Assembly: GCF_009914755.1 (NCBI RefSeq)
Contig: NC_060945.1
From: the human T2T-CHM13v2.0 reference genome, Homo sapiens
Direction: 5' to 3' (one strand)
DNA length: 64,000 nucleotides
Within the stretch, counting starts at the first letter, position 1. Each line of letters starts with the position of its first letter. Below are positions 29,724 to 43,920 of the stretch, piece by piece. The notes below the pieces were generated by a model, which made no database searches, was not told the DNA's origin, and saw only the letters and a list, made by a program, of their open reading frames with translations. A program made the position numbers and the translations under genes.

Positions 29724-30938
29724 CTGCAAACAGAGCAAAGGCTTGTGTGAGCAGTCTCTCTCCACCCATGCTGCCCAGCTTCCCAAGGTCAGGGCAGGCT
29801 CCAAGGCCAGCACCTAGTGCTGCCTCCTCCCCAGAGTCACCGGGGAGTGTTGAGTCCCCACCACATGGGGGAATAGCCAAGATTCCCACCTCGGGTTGCT
29901 AAGCAAGATAGTGGGACCCAGGGATCAGGCAGATAACAAGCGAGATGGGCCTTGGCAGGGCCATGGCTGGCACTCAGAGGAGAGTGTAGTTCCAGTGGAG
30001 CTGAAGGAACAGGACCGGCAGTGGACAGTAGCCAGACCCCTCTCTCTCCTGGCCTTCTCTGGACCCCCACCCCCACCCCTACCCTGGACTTGCTGGGGAG
30101 GGTGAAGGGAGGCCCTGGGCAGGGGCCCATCATTGATCAGGGAGCCGGGGCCAGCAGGACTCAGCCTCCCGCATTTCACCCTAGGACAAAGGGCAAGAGA
30201 GGCCCCTCTGGATGCTGGTTCCAGGAAGGTACCTCACGCAGGTGCGGCCTTCGTGGGGGCTGAGCTGGCACTTGGACATGGCAGATGGCTTATAGCCGAT
30301 CGCCCCACCCACGATGTGGGGCAGCTAAGCCTGGTGGAGCCAGGGTGGCAAACCCGTGTGCAGGGCCATCTGTTACCCGCACAGCACGCAGGCTCTCCGC
30401 CCCTGGGGAGGGAACCCCCAGGGTGGTTGCCCTGCACCTGCCCTCCACCACGGCAGAGAGAGGGAGAGGAGATGACCCTTGTGGGGGGCAGAGTGGGGGA
30501 GGTGGGGTGTGGCACCGAGGCCTGACGTCTAGGGCTGGGACCGCCTGCCGTCTGTGTAGGGGATGCCACAAATGACAAGACTCTGGGGGGCCGATTTGCA
30601 AAAACAGCCCAAAAGTCGGCCCGGCTTTCCACACCTATGCGTTTCCACTTCTCTCAAGAATAGTTACTAAATCAGTTCCCTCTATGCGATGCCATCATTT
30701 TGAACACCTTTTTGAAACAATTGCTTTTATGTTTTACATAAAGGGGACAGAAGAGGACAGCCCCTGGCCATGGCTGCCCTAAGTGTGAAGCCTCTGCTCT
30801 GAGGCCTTGGAACAGGTGTGTGTGTGTGGCTTCCTGGGGTCCTTGTGCCTCCATCTCCAGCCCAGAAAGGACAGGGAGGCCCTGAGACCCCCTGCCTTAT
30901 GGGGCTGGGCCCAGACCACGATGCCACTGGGGCCTTAC

Positions 30939-31085
30939 CTGCTTCCTGCAGGGGCTTGAAACACCAAGGCACTCCAGGGATCCTGGAGTCAAAGCAGCAG
31001 CCCCGGTTGTTGCACTCCTTGGGGGTGACATGGGGGTAGCCGCAGTCCACCCTGTCCTTGGCTGGCACGGCACACTGGTTTGCAG
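30939..31085 (-). CDS. TFF3: TFF3 exon 2; trefoil (P-type) domain
   Basis: gacag| ... |gtaagg; (S)ANQCAVPAKDRVDCGYPHVTPKECNNRGCCFDSRIPGVPWCFKPLQEA with six trefoil cysteines. Confidence 0.99.
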
Positions 31086-31769
31086 CTGTCCCAGACAAAG
31101 CCCTGTCAGCTGCCAGAGCCCTTGCTGGGCTGCGGTGAGTGTGTTTGCTTCACTTTGCAAGTTTGCATCCTCCCGCTCCGCCCCACCCCGCCGAGTTCAA
31201 CCACTGCTGAAACCCTCGCCCTTAGGAAGATGCACTTTCCCTGTGAATATTTAAAGAGAGGCAGTCTGTTAAATACTCAGCTCGGGGACTCTGGCCATTT
31301 GCCTAAGTGTCTTTCTCCTTGGCACGCTCTTATCACCTTCTCGGGAAGTCACATACGGACCTGGGTACCTTCCAGCTGGCAGGAACCCCTGGGGAATCTG
31401 GGGTCCCTTGAACCCAGAAACAAAGTTACCCTTCATTGTTTGACCAACAAAACCTTGCCCCTTTGTTTTAAATGAAAACCGTGACAGGAGAGGCACACGC
31501 CATAGAGATCATTGCAACGCATGCTGCCTGCTTTTCACTTTTTTCTGCATCTCCCCTTCCTGAATTGTTGAGCATGTCCCACCCTCCCGGGACATCCTTC
31601 AGTCCCCAATATTTTCATGTTTCAGGCAAGCCTCTATGTCTGTATGTGCAGCAGAAGTTCACTGCGTTTCATTAACGAACTGAGTATTTCCTTAGGAAAA
31701 TGGCAATCACGTGCAGTGTCTTACATTCCCTTCTCTTGCTCCCAGTCCGTAATTGCTTATCCTCCTGGC

Positions 31770-32231
<462 letters not shown>

Positions 32232-32534
32232 CTTTGACCCTGCTCAGAAGACACCCAGATAAAAGCCATGCCCTCATTCCTTCAAACTTGGGTTAATGGA
32301 GCAGCCACACCCCATGGCAGGGTTGCTGTGCAATGGCTAAATGAACCTTGTGCCTGCCGGTATTGACAGTGTTCTGAAGTCAGGGTTTTTCTCCTGCATC
32401 TTTCCTTTTTCTTTGTAAATGTGGAACAATGCATAAAGACCTATATTGTAATTTAGAAATCTCCAGCAAAGATGGCTATGGGGTCATAGGGGATGGGCTC
32501 AGGCTCAAACCCTGATTTCAACACAGACTGGGCA

Positions 32535-32625
32535 GGGCTGCCTTGGATAAGTTGTTAACTTTCTCTGAGCCTCGGTTTCCTTGTCTGTGAAATGGGGACA
32601 ATAAAGACCCACTTCAAAGGGCTAG
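32535..32625. mobile_element. MIR fragment
   Basis: ttaactttctctgagcctcggtttccttgtctgtgaaatgggg core. Confidence 0.75.
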
Positions 32626-32746
32626 CGCAGGAAAAAGTGTATATGTGACAGGTGGCCATTATTAAATGAATGCAGAATCCCCCCTTATCCTGGATCCCTT
32701 CCCTTCACGCCCACCCTGCCACCGGGGCAGTCAGGGCAGTACTCAC

Positions 32747-32828
32747 ACAGGCCCACGTACTCCTCAGCAGAGCTGGAGGACAGCAAGGCCAGGACCAGCC
32801 CCAGCATGCAGAGCGCTCTGGCAGCCAT
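32747..32828 (-). CDS. TFF3: TFF3 exon 1; signal peptide (spliced product 80 aa)
   Basis: MAARALCMLGLVLALLSSSSAEEYVGL, donor |gtgagt; 82+147+14 = 243 nt. Confidence 0.97.
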
Positions 32829-32884
32829 GACCACCGTGGGCTCCGGGACGCAGCTCAGGACTCGCTTCATGGTCCAGGAGGCCT

Positions 32885-32930
32885 CATTTATGCACCGTTG
32901 TTTGCACAGCTGCTCTGGATTGTTTGCTTG
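32885..32930 (-). promoter_or_regulatory. TFF3: TFF3 proximal promoter: TATA-like CATAAAT and two forkhead (FOXA/HNF3) motifs
   Basis: CATAAA on the minus strand at 32887-32892; TGTTTGCAC at 32899-32907 and TGTTTGCTT at 32921-32929. Confidence 0.7.
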
Positions 32931-33571
32931 GGGAAGGCTCTCCCTCCTGGCTGTGGCTGCTCCTGTTCTCTCCTGCATGCCTTTGTCAAGCTCCCAGACA
33001 GTTTTTCTCTCCCAAAGGGGAGAGGTCAGTTCAGCCCCCACTGTTTTGGCAGCAAGCGGTAAGGGCGGATTCCAGTTCTGGTTCCGGGTCCTCTACTGGG
33101 GAGCGGATGTGTGTCAATTGCCCTCCTAGCCTGGCCTGGTGTAGTGTGCAGGAGCCATGTGGGGTGGCAGGACCAGGGTGTGGTGTCCGTTCCATCTCAG
33201 CCTCCCAGCCAGAAGCCCTCAGAACACCCCTGGTCCCATGACAAGAGAGCCCCAGGCTGCTTCATCCCAGATCGGCCTCGGAGACAGGCAGCTCTGAGTG
33301 AGTCAGGACCCTGCGGCTCTCTCACAACTCCTGAAACACAGAGATTCCTTGTCTTTCCTTTTTGCTTTCTCCCCTAAAAATTAGTAACTACATTTTAATA
33401 AGTGGATGAAATGAATTGATTGAAAATATGTTAGTAAAAACATGGTACACATAATTGATTTTTAAAATCAAATAATACAAAAGAGCCTTTCCTATCCAGA
33501 GGCATCTATTGATCTATTGTGAACACTTTTTTAGGTATCCTTTCAGAATTTTTCTCTCTGGATCTAAGCAC

Positions 33572-33921
33572 GTTTTTTTGGTTTGTTTTTGTTTGTTTGT
33601 TTGTTTGTTTTTTTTTTTGTTTTGTTTTTTTGTTTTTTTTTTTTTGGAGACAGGGTCTTGCTCTGTTACCCAGGCTGGAGTGCAGTGGCACAATCTCAAC
33701 TCACTGAGACCCCCGCCCTCGCGGGGCTCAAGTGATCCTCCCACCTCAGCCTCCTAAGTAGCTGGGCCACAGGCATGTGTCCAGCTAATATTTTGTATTT
33801 TTTTAGAGACCAGGTGTCGCCATGTTGGCCAGGCTGGTCTCAGACTCCTGGACTCAAGTGATCTGCCTTCCTTGGCCTCCCAAAGTGTCAGGATTACAGG
33901 CATGAGCCACTGCACTCGGCC
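33572..33921 (-). mobile_element. Alu (J-like) with a T/G-rich tail
   Basis: gagacagggtcttgctctg...gagccactgcactcggcc. Confidence 0.93.
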
Positions 33922-36278
33922 ACATTTTTAACACAAACAGGAACTGACTCTCCACCTTTGCCCAGCGTGCTCTTTTAAAAACTAAAGACTACATCTCAGG
34001 AATTGTTTTATAACAACATATCAGATGAGACAGCGATGATTCTATCCATTTTCCAGAGGAAGAAACTAAGACTCAACATTTCCGGTGCCTATCAGAGGTT
34101 ACTCCAGTGTCCCTGGTATAGCTGGTATTTAACCCACTCCCAGGACCCTAAGCCTCCGCCCTCGGCATCCGCAGCATCCCCCAACCCCCCAACCTCCTGC
34201 AGTGGACTGGCTGGTAGTGGGCAAGAGACTAATCTCATTCCAGGAAAACGGGCCCCTAGATTTTGTGTTCTCCGTGTTTCTTTTCCAGGGAGGCATTTTG
34301 ATGACCCCCACTGGCCCTTCCAGGAGCCTCTGTCTGAAGGGTGGACTTGGTTTATCACCCCGAGAAATGGGAGCGCCTGGCTGCTTGGATTTAGCCTGCA
34401 GCTGGGGTCCCCGGTGGTGTGTGCAGGGCGGCCTTGAGCCTCCAAGGGTGCATCCACAAACTGCCCTTCCCCGAGTGACCCGTGGGAGCTCGATGGCGTA
34501 CGTGCTGAGCACCAGGATGTGTCCTGCCCTGTGACTCCCAGGCCCCGCCCTTGCGCTCAGCACGCCCTTTGTGGATGGATTTGAGGGCCCCTGGCCTCTG
34601 ATGTGCCACTCCCGCTGAGGCCAGCGAAGGAGGAAGAAGGAAAGAGCGTTGCCTGCCTTGTTTTCGGGGCACTCACTTTTTCTGGGAGACAGCGGACCCA
34701 GGTTCATCAATGGACAGCAGCATTTTCATGTTATTAAAAAGGTCATTGTAGGGGAAATCCCTGGGGGATCTGGTGAGATCTCCCTGGGGGATCTGGTGAG
34801 ATCTCCCTGCCTTCCCACTGCTCCTAGTACCCAGAGGCCAGGCCAGGTCGTGGTGCAGGGCTGAGTTCCAGGAGGGTGCAAACACCCCAGGAACAGACTG
34901 CTGCCCCTCCGGCCCTCATGACCTGCTGGGGAAGGACCCCCGCAAGGAGCTTCTGCAGGTGCTGTGGTCTCCACCTGCTGCACTCAAAATTGCCTGGAGT
35001 GGGGAGAATATCAATGCCTGGGCCCCGCCCTGACAGGTGGTTCTGTCGCCTGTGATTCTTCTCTGCGGCCAGCACCGAGAACCCTGCTGGGGTTTGCTTC
35101 CGTTTAACTAGTGAATGTTGACTGAGCTCCTACTGCCTACACCCAGGGTTTAGGGCTGGGGAAGGAATAACAAAGGTGACACATTCTTGTCCTTGAAGAG
35201 TCCCCCCGCAAAGGGAGACGGGATCATGTCAGAGTTAAGATGGTGAAGCCAAGACTAGGTTCTGTGCTGCCTGACCTTGGGCAAGTCAGGTCCCATCTGT
35301 ACCTCAGTTTCCCTACATGTCACAGGGTGCTCACCCCACAGGACAGCATGAAGTGGTGCTGCACAGCCCAGCCAGGTGCCTGGGACACACACTGACCACC
35401 TGCCGGGTGTGCTGGATCAACCATGATGGCAGAGGAGAGGATTCCTGGTCCCGGCTCTGGTAGGAGCAAAGGCTGTGGCAAGGGGGCCAGAGCTGGGTCC
35501 TGTCAGGTGGAGACGCACAGGCTTCTCAGAGAAGGGGGATTTGGGCTGCACCTCTGGAGAGGTCAATGGGGAGGCCCGTGTGTGTCCCCTCTCTCTGTTC
35601 TAGGAGCCCCCTCCCCAGGAGCCCTGGGCTCTGTACAGGAACAGAGGATGGCATGGGAGAGCCCAACCTGCCTTCCAGAGCCTGCATTCCCACAGCCTTC
35701 CCCAGCCACCCTATTCCCCTGAGGGAGTTCCAGTTCCAGAGAAAAAGCAGAGCTGTTGTCAGAGCTGTAGGCCGTGCGGTAGTGGGCATCGGGCCCAACC
35801 CAGACAGGTGGCTCCCCTGGGCAACCCAAGACCTGGGGGTGAGCAGGACTGGCTCTAAAGGAGCCTCTCCCTTTCCTCCTTGGGAGCCGCATCCCGCATC
35901 CCTGCAGCAGCCTCGTCAGCTGTGTGCGGTGTGGCGGTGTGGGCCGTCCCAGGAGCCCTGCAAATCCCTCCCGCCCTGGGCCTTGTGCAGGGGCTCCTGG
36001 ATGGATCCAAGAAGAAGACAGTCTGCTCCCCCATGCCGGGGCTGCAACCTTTCACCTCCCGGATGCGTGGTCATTGTCACGTGCATATAACAAGCACAAG
36101 CTGAGCATGGGTCCCAGGTCAGGCACTCGGCCTGCAGATGTGGGAGCCCCAGAACATCAGGCAGAGCCCGTGCCCTCAGAGCTCACAGGCTGGTGAGGAG
36201 GAACAAGCCTTCAAGCATGAATTGTGGTGCAGTATGATTAGAGCTGGCAGAGTGGGGTGAAATCTGACTAGGTCTTGA

Positions 36279-36807
<529 letters not shown>

Positions 36808-37949
36808 TAACACTGCCTACTTTGCACTAACTCACTGCCCCACAGAAAACTCAGAGTTGATGTGGCACATGCAGGTTATAGGGTCTGCATCACCGCTCAG
36901 TTTTCTGGTATTGTCACTCGATTACTCAAGCAGCAGACAGTCCGAGGGAGGAAGGAAGTAGGAAGTTGTGCTAATCAGCACCCGTGGGTGGCCCAGGGCC
37001 GCACACCTCCCAGGAGCACCCTGCTGCCCAGCTGTCTCTCGGTCTGCAGCTGCCATGGGTGCCGCCCCTCACTCTGCACAGAACTTCCTCCTGCCTCCCT
37101 GAGAGAGGCTCGAAGACCCTTCCTGAGTCATCACGACCTGAATGTAGGTGCTTTGGGGAGGCAAACGCAGTGACCCATTCAAGGATGCTTCTGTCTTGAC
37201 ACATAGTCCACTGAGGACAAATGGGGGTGGGGACCAGGAGCAGAGCAAATGCCACCACCACGTGTAAAACAGGAAGGTCAGAACGCAGAGCAGCCCAGTG
37301 GGCTCAGAAGGGGGCATGGGCTCCAGGGTTCCCTTGTGCAGCTCAAGGAGCACTTGGTGCTGTTTCAGCCACTCGTCTTGAGAAGCAGCCACAGAGCCCT
37401 CTAAACCCAGAGCGTCTGTGGGTTTGGGACCGTTGCATCAGCCCCACGTGCAAGGGACAGGAAAGGTTCCCAGAAAGGCATGGACTGACGGCCAGAAATA
37501 ATGCAGCTGACCGCCGTGGACAGGAGCACCTCACCCGCAGCCCCACCTGCTGGACCCAGATGGGCCCTTCCCCAGCAGCCAGACCTGCTCTACCAGGAAG
37601 CAGAGCCTGAGAGGAGGGTGCAAGGCCCTCACCCAGGCACCGGAGGCACGGTGTCACCTCACCTTCCGTGTGATGCACTCCAGTCTGCAGTCCTGCACTG
37701 AGCCAGTCCTGGGCCGACAGCTGGGAGCCCCTCTTGTACCAGACCTGGGCTGATGGCATGCAGTTCTCAGAGACAGTCCCTGAATGCATTGGTGCAGGCA
37801 GCCAAGTTCAACAGCCCCAGACAGCACAGGGGACCCCATGGGGAGCCAGGTCCTCCCACCACCAGACTGGGAAGCCGCAGCCGCTCTCGGCCTTCGGACT
37901 TGGCTCATACCTGTGAGTCAAGCCTTTATCACCAAGTGATTCCCAAGTA

Positions 37950-38690
37950 CATTGAGTTGAAGGGTGTCCTCCCCAGAATTCACATCCCTCCTGAAACCTC
38001 GGAATGTAACCTTATTTGGAAATAAAGTTTTTGCAGTTGTAATTAAACTAAGATAAGGTCTAGATCAAGCTTGTTCAATGTGAGGTCTGTCTGCCGCATG
38101 CAACCCAGGATGGCTTTGAAGACGGCCCTACACAAATCCGTAAACTTTCTTAAAATGTTATGAGATTTTTTTTGTGATTTTTTTTTTGGCTCATCAACTA
38201 TCTTTAGTGTTAGTGTATTTCACGTGTGGCCCAAGACAATTCTTCTTCTTCTGGTGTGACCCAGGGAAGCCAGAAGACTGGACACCCTCGGTCTAGATGG
38301 ATCCGCTCGCCATCTGGCCTGGTCTAGATGGAGTAGGGTGGGCCCTAAATCCAATATGACTAGTGTCATTATAAGAAGAGAAGAAACACTGAGACACACA
38401 CAGGGGTGCAGATGTGAGCACAGACGGGGCAGGGAGGCCACATGGCGATGGCAACTGGGGCAGAGACCGAGTGATATGCCTGCAAGCCAAGGAGGCCGGG
38501 GACTTCAGCACCCCCAGGAGCCGGAAGAGGCAGGCAGGACACTTCCCTGGAGCCCTCAGAGAGAGGAGGCCCTGTGACACCTTGACCTTGGACTTCTGAC
38601 CTCCAGAGCTGAGAGAGAATAAACAAGAATAAACATCTGTTGTTTAAACCACCCAGCTTGCGGTGCTGGTTATGATGGCCCAGGACCCTC
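37950..38690. mobile_element. MLT1-type MaLR LTR interrupted by MER30
   Basis: gaatgtaaccttatttggaaata...ggccctaaatccaatatgactagtgtc...gacttctgacctccagagctg...ctgttgtttaaaccacccag. Confidence 0.85.
38066..38290 (-). mobile_element. MER30 (hAT-Charlie MITE) with 8-bp target-site duplication GTCTAGAT
   Basis: caagcttg...ggcccaagacaattcttcttctt...cccagggaagcc...ggacacc; duplication at 38058 and 38291. Confidence 0.88.
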
Positions 38691-41064
38691 ACACACAAGG
38701 GGCGCCTGGCAGCAGGGTCTTTTCAGCCTGTGCTTTCTGGTGTGAGGGAAGAGGGAAGGGAAGGACACATTGAACGATCCCAGTGGCTTGTCTCATGGTG
38801 ACCTCTCCCTTCCTGCCCTGGCCTGGCTCCCTGGGGCCCTGGATGAGCTCTTCCCGGGTGCTCAGTGCCCCCTAGCCAGGACCACGGGTCCACTCGGCCG
38901 CCTGGATGCCTTTGACCCCACACATCGCCAGGCCTCGGCCTTCGTCCTTCCCGGCACCCATCCGATTGCTGGTCTCCATGAGTCCCTGGCTATCATCAAT
39001 CCCCAGACATGTATTTGATCCCTTCCCAAACTCCCCTGTCACCAGAATTATCCCCAGTGGACTCTTTCATTCCCATTTCCTTGTCTCAGGGGAGGCTAAG
39101 ACAACACTGGCTGGTGAGGGCTCCGGGACTCTCGCGTTCTGGTGGGGCTTGGGCTGGGCTCTGCCCGATGGAGGGCAGGGCACGCGGCAGCTCATGCCCA
39201 GGGCACAGCGGGACAGAGAGGCAGCCCTGTGAGAGGCTGTCAAAGCCAGGACACTTTTCAGACAGGTGAGTGGAGGTGCTGTGAATAATGATGCCAGGAC
39301 AAGAGTTGTGGCCAGGGAGTGTGCCTGGCAAACTGGGACCAGGACCCCCTGCCAAGAGGACATTCCACAAGCCCCCCACTGGGCTGCAGTCATTTCCAGA
39401 GACTTGAACACTGTGGAACTAGGACAGAGGGAGGAACAGGCACCCCCCCCAACTTTGGAAATGGAGACACAGTCAGGTGATCCCAACACACGTGTGGCAT
39501 AGCATCATGCCCTGACATATGTGGTCGTGCACAGATGGGGAAGGTACATGGATACATGTGTGTGCATCTGGCCCTGCAATGGGTCGGGGAGCTAAGGAGC
39601 CACACAGCACTCACGGGGCCAACCACAGCACTAGGTGTCTTTGTCTTTGTCTCCCATTCTGTGGGGATTGGTTCCTTCTCTTTTGGAAAGAAAAGTCAGT
39701 TAATCCTATGGTTTCTAAAGTCACAAAACATAGTTGCCATTTAGGCATAGTTGCCATTTAGGAGTTGACATGTCCAGTCCCATATGACAATCAAAATTCT
39801 GAACTTGACTTAAAATTAGATGTTTTCATTTGATGCCATAAAGGAATTAGTGGACATTTTTAGCATGGGGTGGATCTTTGAGTGTGTAGCTCTACGTATA
39901 TGACACACATATGGATGTAAACGTTTACATGTATCAGTATCTCTTCAAGGTATAGACTGAAATATTATGTATAATCTGTGGAATTGTCTTCAAAATAATT
40001 CAGGAAGGATAATTAGAGGTAGTAAGTATAGATAAAACAAGATTGGCCATAAGTTGATACTTGCTGAAACTCATTGATGGGGGTTCATCATACTATTATC
40101 TCTACTTTAATATATGTTTGCAATTTGCCATAATTAATAAATTGAACCCTCTCCCTCTCCTGGCCTGCTGCTCCAGGGGTAGGAACAGTTGTTGGGGCAA
40201 GGGCAGGGTAGAGGGGAGTAAGGGGAACTGGGAATGGGGAACGGAAGCTCTTCCTATACTGGACTGATGTTTCCCAGGTTGGCTCCACATTCTCTGGGCC
40301 CATCAGGTGCTTGAAACAAACGCCTTATCTCATGTGCTGCTTCCGGGGGGTCTTCAGGGGTTCCTCATCTGCAGATCCTTGGACGCTGGGGATGCACTTT
40401 CCACTAGCTCATCAATTTCTCCTCCCATCCCCGGGAACATGGTGTTGTCTTTGGTTTCTCTGAGATGATGTCTGCTCCCACCTCAAGTGTCTCTCTTGTA
40501 CAAAGTCTAGGATGACGGACACAGTTCTCTTGAGCTCCATGGCTTACCTGTGGTTCACCGGACACATTTGTGCCTCCTTCACCCCAACACACTCTGGGAT
40601 GCAGGCAGATCCTAACGGTTCGTCCTGTTCCTCACTAGATATTAGAGTCCCCAAGAGTCAGAAACCGGTGTCCTGTAGCCTCCAACCATGGAGGACATGC
40701 ACCACGCTCTCTTGGTGGACCCACTAAGACCTCATTCCTAAGACCTGAGACTAGAGACAGGCACACCCCACCCTTACCCCCTGTGGCAAGATGACAGTGA
40801 GAGAGACTCACAGCATATCAGCAACTCCTTAAAAATTCTCACACTTAGCATTTTCTACAAAATTCCCTTCCCTTAAAGCTTTTGTAGCATCAGTAGAGGC
40901 AAAATACTGAAGAATCATCTAACAATTCTCAGCCAAATTGTTTTTGATGTTTCATGGTCTATTGTCTCACTTTGAAATATGACATCTACTGTTTCTTGAT
41001 GTCTCAGCTAAATCTCCTCTCCAACACCCACAACACCAAGAGTTCCAACTATATTTATTCATTG

Positions 41065-41616
41065 TGTTACGGGAAAGGCGTCCTGATCCAAACCCCAAGA
41101 GAGGGTTCTTGGATCTTGGGCAAGAAAGAATTCAGGGCGAGTTCACAGTGCAAAGAGAAAGCAAGTTTATTAAGAAAGTAAAGGAATAAAAGAACGGCTA
41201 CTCCATAGACAGAGCAGCCCTGAGGGCTGCTGGTTGCCCATTTTTATGGTTATTCTTGACGATATGGCAAACAAGGGGTGGATTATTCATGCCTCCCCTT
41301 TTTAGATCATCTAAGGTAACTTTCTGACGTTGCCATGGCATTTGTAAACTGTCATGGCGCGGGTGGGAGTGTAAAAATGAGGACGACCACAGGTCACTCT
41401 CGTGGCCATTTTGGTTTCAGTGGGTTTTGGCCGGCTCCTTCACTGCAACCTGTTTTATCAGCAAGGTCTTTATGACCTGTATTTTGTGCTGACCGCCTAT
41501 CTCATCCTGTGACTTAGAATGTCTTAACCGTCTGGGAATGCAGCTCTGTAGGTTTCAGCCTCATTTACCCAGCTCCTATTTAAGATGGAGTTGCTCTGGT
41601 TCATATGCCTCTGACA
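41065..41616 (-). mobile_element. MER41 (probably MER41A) solo LTR with 4-bp target-site duplication ATTG
   Basis: TG...CA termini; minus strand begins tgtcagaggcatatgaaccagagcaactccatct; attg at 41061 and 41617. Confidence 0.9.
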
Positions 41617-43612
41617 ATTGGATTCTGTATTTAGATATAAAACCCAAAGACAGAGGTCTAAATTTGTTTCTTGAGGGCTCCTACTGGGCAGATAACTGTG
41701 ACAGACTCTGGTGAGAGAGAACAAAGGCAAAAAATGTGTAGCTCCTTCCCATGAGAGACTTTGGAGTATAAGGGAAGACTAGATGTGCAGACAAATTATG
41801 GACTTTACCGAAGGGCCTGAAAGAAGAATTGAGGAAGCAGAGACGTGCCTATTCAAGGATGAGAAGACCATGGATTCTAAAGGTGGTAATTTTCTCAAAA
41901 TAAACTATATATTCAACTTATTTTCTATCAAAGTCTCAAAGGAAGATCGTAATTAAATGTCACAAACTGACTTCAGGATTTAAATGAAAAGATAAAGCAC
42001 CAAAAATACCTAGTAAAAGTTTAAAGAACGGTTCCCAGGAAGAGGAAAAGAAGAATCAGAAGATATCTATCCTATCAGACATTAAGACTGATTACAAAAC
42101 TACTGTGTTTAAAGCAGGGAAGTACGGGTGCGGGGATAAAATCAGACAACTGGAGCAGAACAGAAAGGTCAGAAATAGATCCATACACATAAGAAAATGT
42201 GGATAATATATTTGATATCAATGGGGAAACAGGACAATTGAATAAATGGTACCATGACAATCAGTTATCTGTATTTTAAAAAGACAAATTCAGATCCCCA
42301 CCTAATGACGCTAAGCTATTTTTAATTATCTACATTGAAAAAGGTAAATTTAGAACCACAATTTAACAACCCATTAACAAGTTTTCCTCTCTGCCCTGGC
42401 TGGCTTCCTGGGGAGCTGGACGAGCTCTGCCTGGGTGCTCAGTGCCCCTGAGCCAGGACACTTAGTACTGCGGTCGGTCCCGTTTATGCTGTGTGGCTCT
42501 TCAGCTTCCTGACCCATTGCAGGGCCAGATGCACACACATGCATCCATGTACCTTCCCCGTCTGTGCATGACCATGTATGTCAGAGCATGACAATATGCC
42601 ACATTTGTGTTGGGATTGCTTGTCTGTGTCTCCGTGCCCAAAACTGGGGGAGTGCCTGTTCCTCCCTCTGTCCAAGTCCCACAGTGTTCAAAGTGAATTA
42701 CAGGCCCAAAGTGAAAAGTAAAACTTTAAGTCACTAAAAGTAGAGATAGTCAACCAGCTCATACTAGACCCTGCCCTTCTTGATATAACAATGAAAACTC
42801 TGGAAAAAGCACAAAGCAATGGCCTGATGGCACTGGAAAGTGAGAAAAACAAACCAAGCACAGCTGTCTGAGATCCTGGAGGGGAGCTGACCCTGGAAGA
42901 AGGAGAGGGAATGCTGCGAATTTACTTCTGTATGGGATTTTGCCTGAGGGTAGGTCACAGTGGGTGTTGTATAGTTGCGGCTAAAACACCAGTGGAATCC
43001 TGTGGTCCTTCAGGCTGGAGAATCACTGTACTGAGAAAAGGGCAAACCCAGCTGCAGGAAAGCGAAAGAGGAATCCCAGAAAGGAGAGAGCTAGAGAGGA
43101 GAAGCTCCAAATTCTGTGTGAAAACCCTTCCCAAGTCTCTCTCTGACCCATGGACCATCCACATACAGGACAGACTCTGGCTAAAGATGAAGAAACTGAA
43201 GTTTGAATGACACCCAAGAAGCAGAGTTTGACGTTTGAATCCAATGGAGATGATTGCCTGTCAAAACAAACATACAAAATAAATAAACAGGCAAACACAA
43301 CTATCTTCAGAGGAATAGAACAGAATCTGCATTCCCCACAACTTAACAACACAATGTCCTGGCCACAATCGGAAATTACTAAACACACAACCAACAGGAA
43401 TGTCTCATGCGTTCTGAAGAGAAAAAAAGCCATCAACCTGAGATGACCCAGACATTGCAATGACCAGATAAAGATTTTAAAACAATTAGTATAAGTATGC
43501 TTGAGGAAATAAAGAAATATTGCTTATAATGTATGTAAAAATAGAAAATCCCAGAAAAAGAAAATTTAAAAACTGTGTAAAAATAACCAAGTAGAAAGTA
43601 TAGAACTGAGGG

Positions 43613-43920
43613 GAGTCAGGTGTGGTGGCTCATGCCTGTAATCCCAGCACTTTGGGAGGCTGAGGCGGGTGTATTACGGGAGGTCAGGAGTTCAAGACCA
43701 GCCTGACCAACATGGCAAAACCCCGTCTCTACTAAAAAATACAAAAAACAAAAAATTAGCTGGGTGTGGTGGTGCACACCTGTAGTCTGAGCTACTTGGA
43801 AGGCTCAGGCAGGAGAATCACTTGAACCCAGGAGATGGAGGTTGCAGTAAGCCAAGATCACACCACTGCACTCCAGCCTGGGCAACAGAGCAAGACTCTG
43901 TCTCAAGAAAAAAACAAAAA
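43613..43920 (+). mobile_element. Alu (S-type)
   Basis: dimeric Alu with A-tail. Confidence 0.94.

Noticed and set aside
34758-34809. 23-bp tandem duplication (and a 17-bp one near 39729-39762)
   Set aside because: Ordinary slippage duplications with no further signal.
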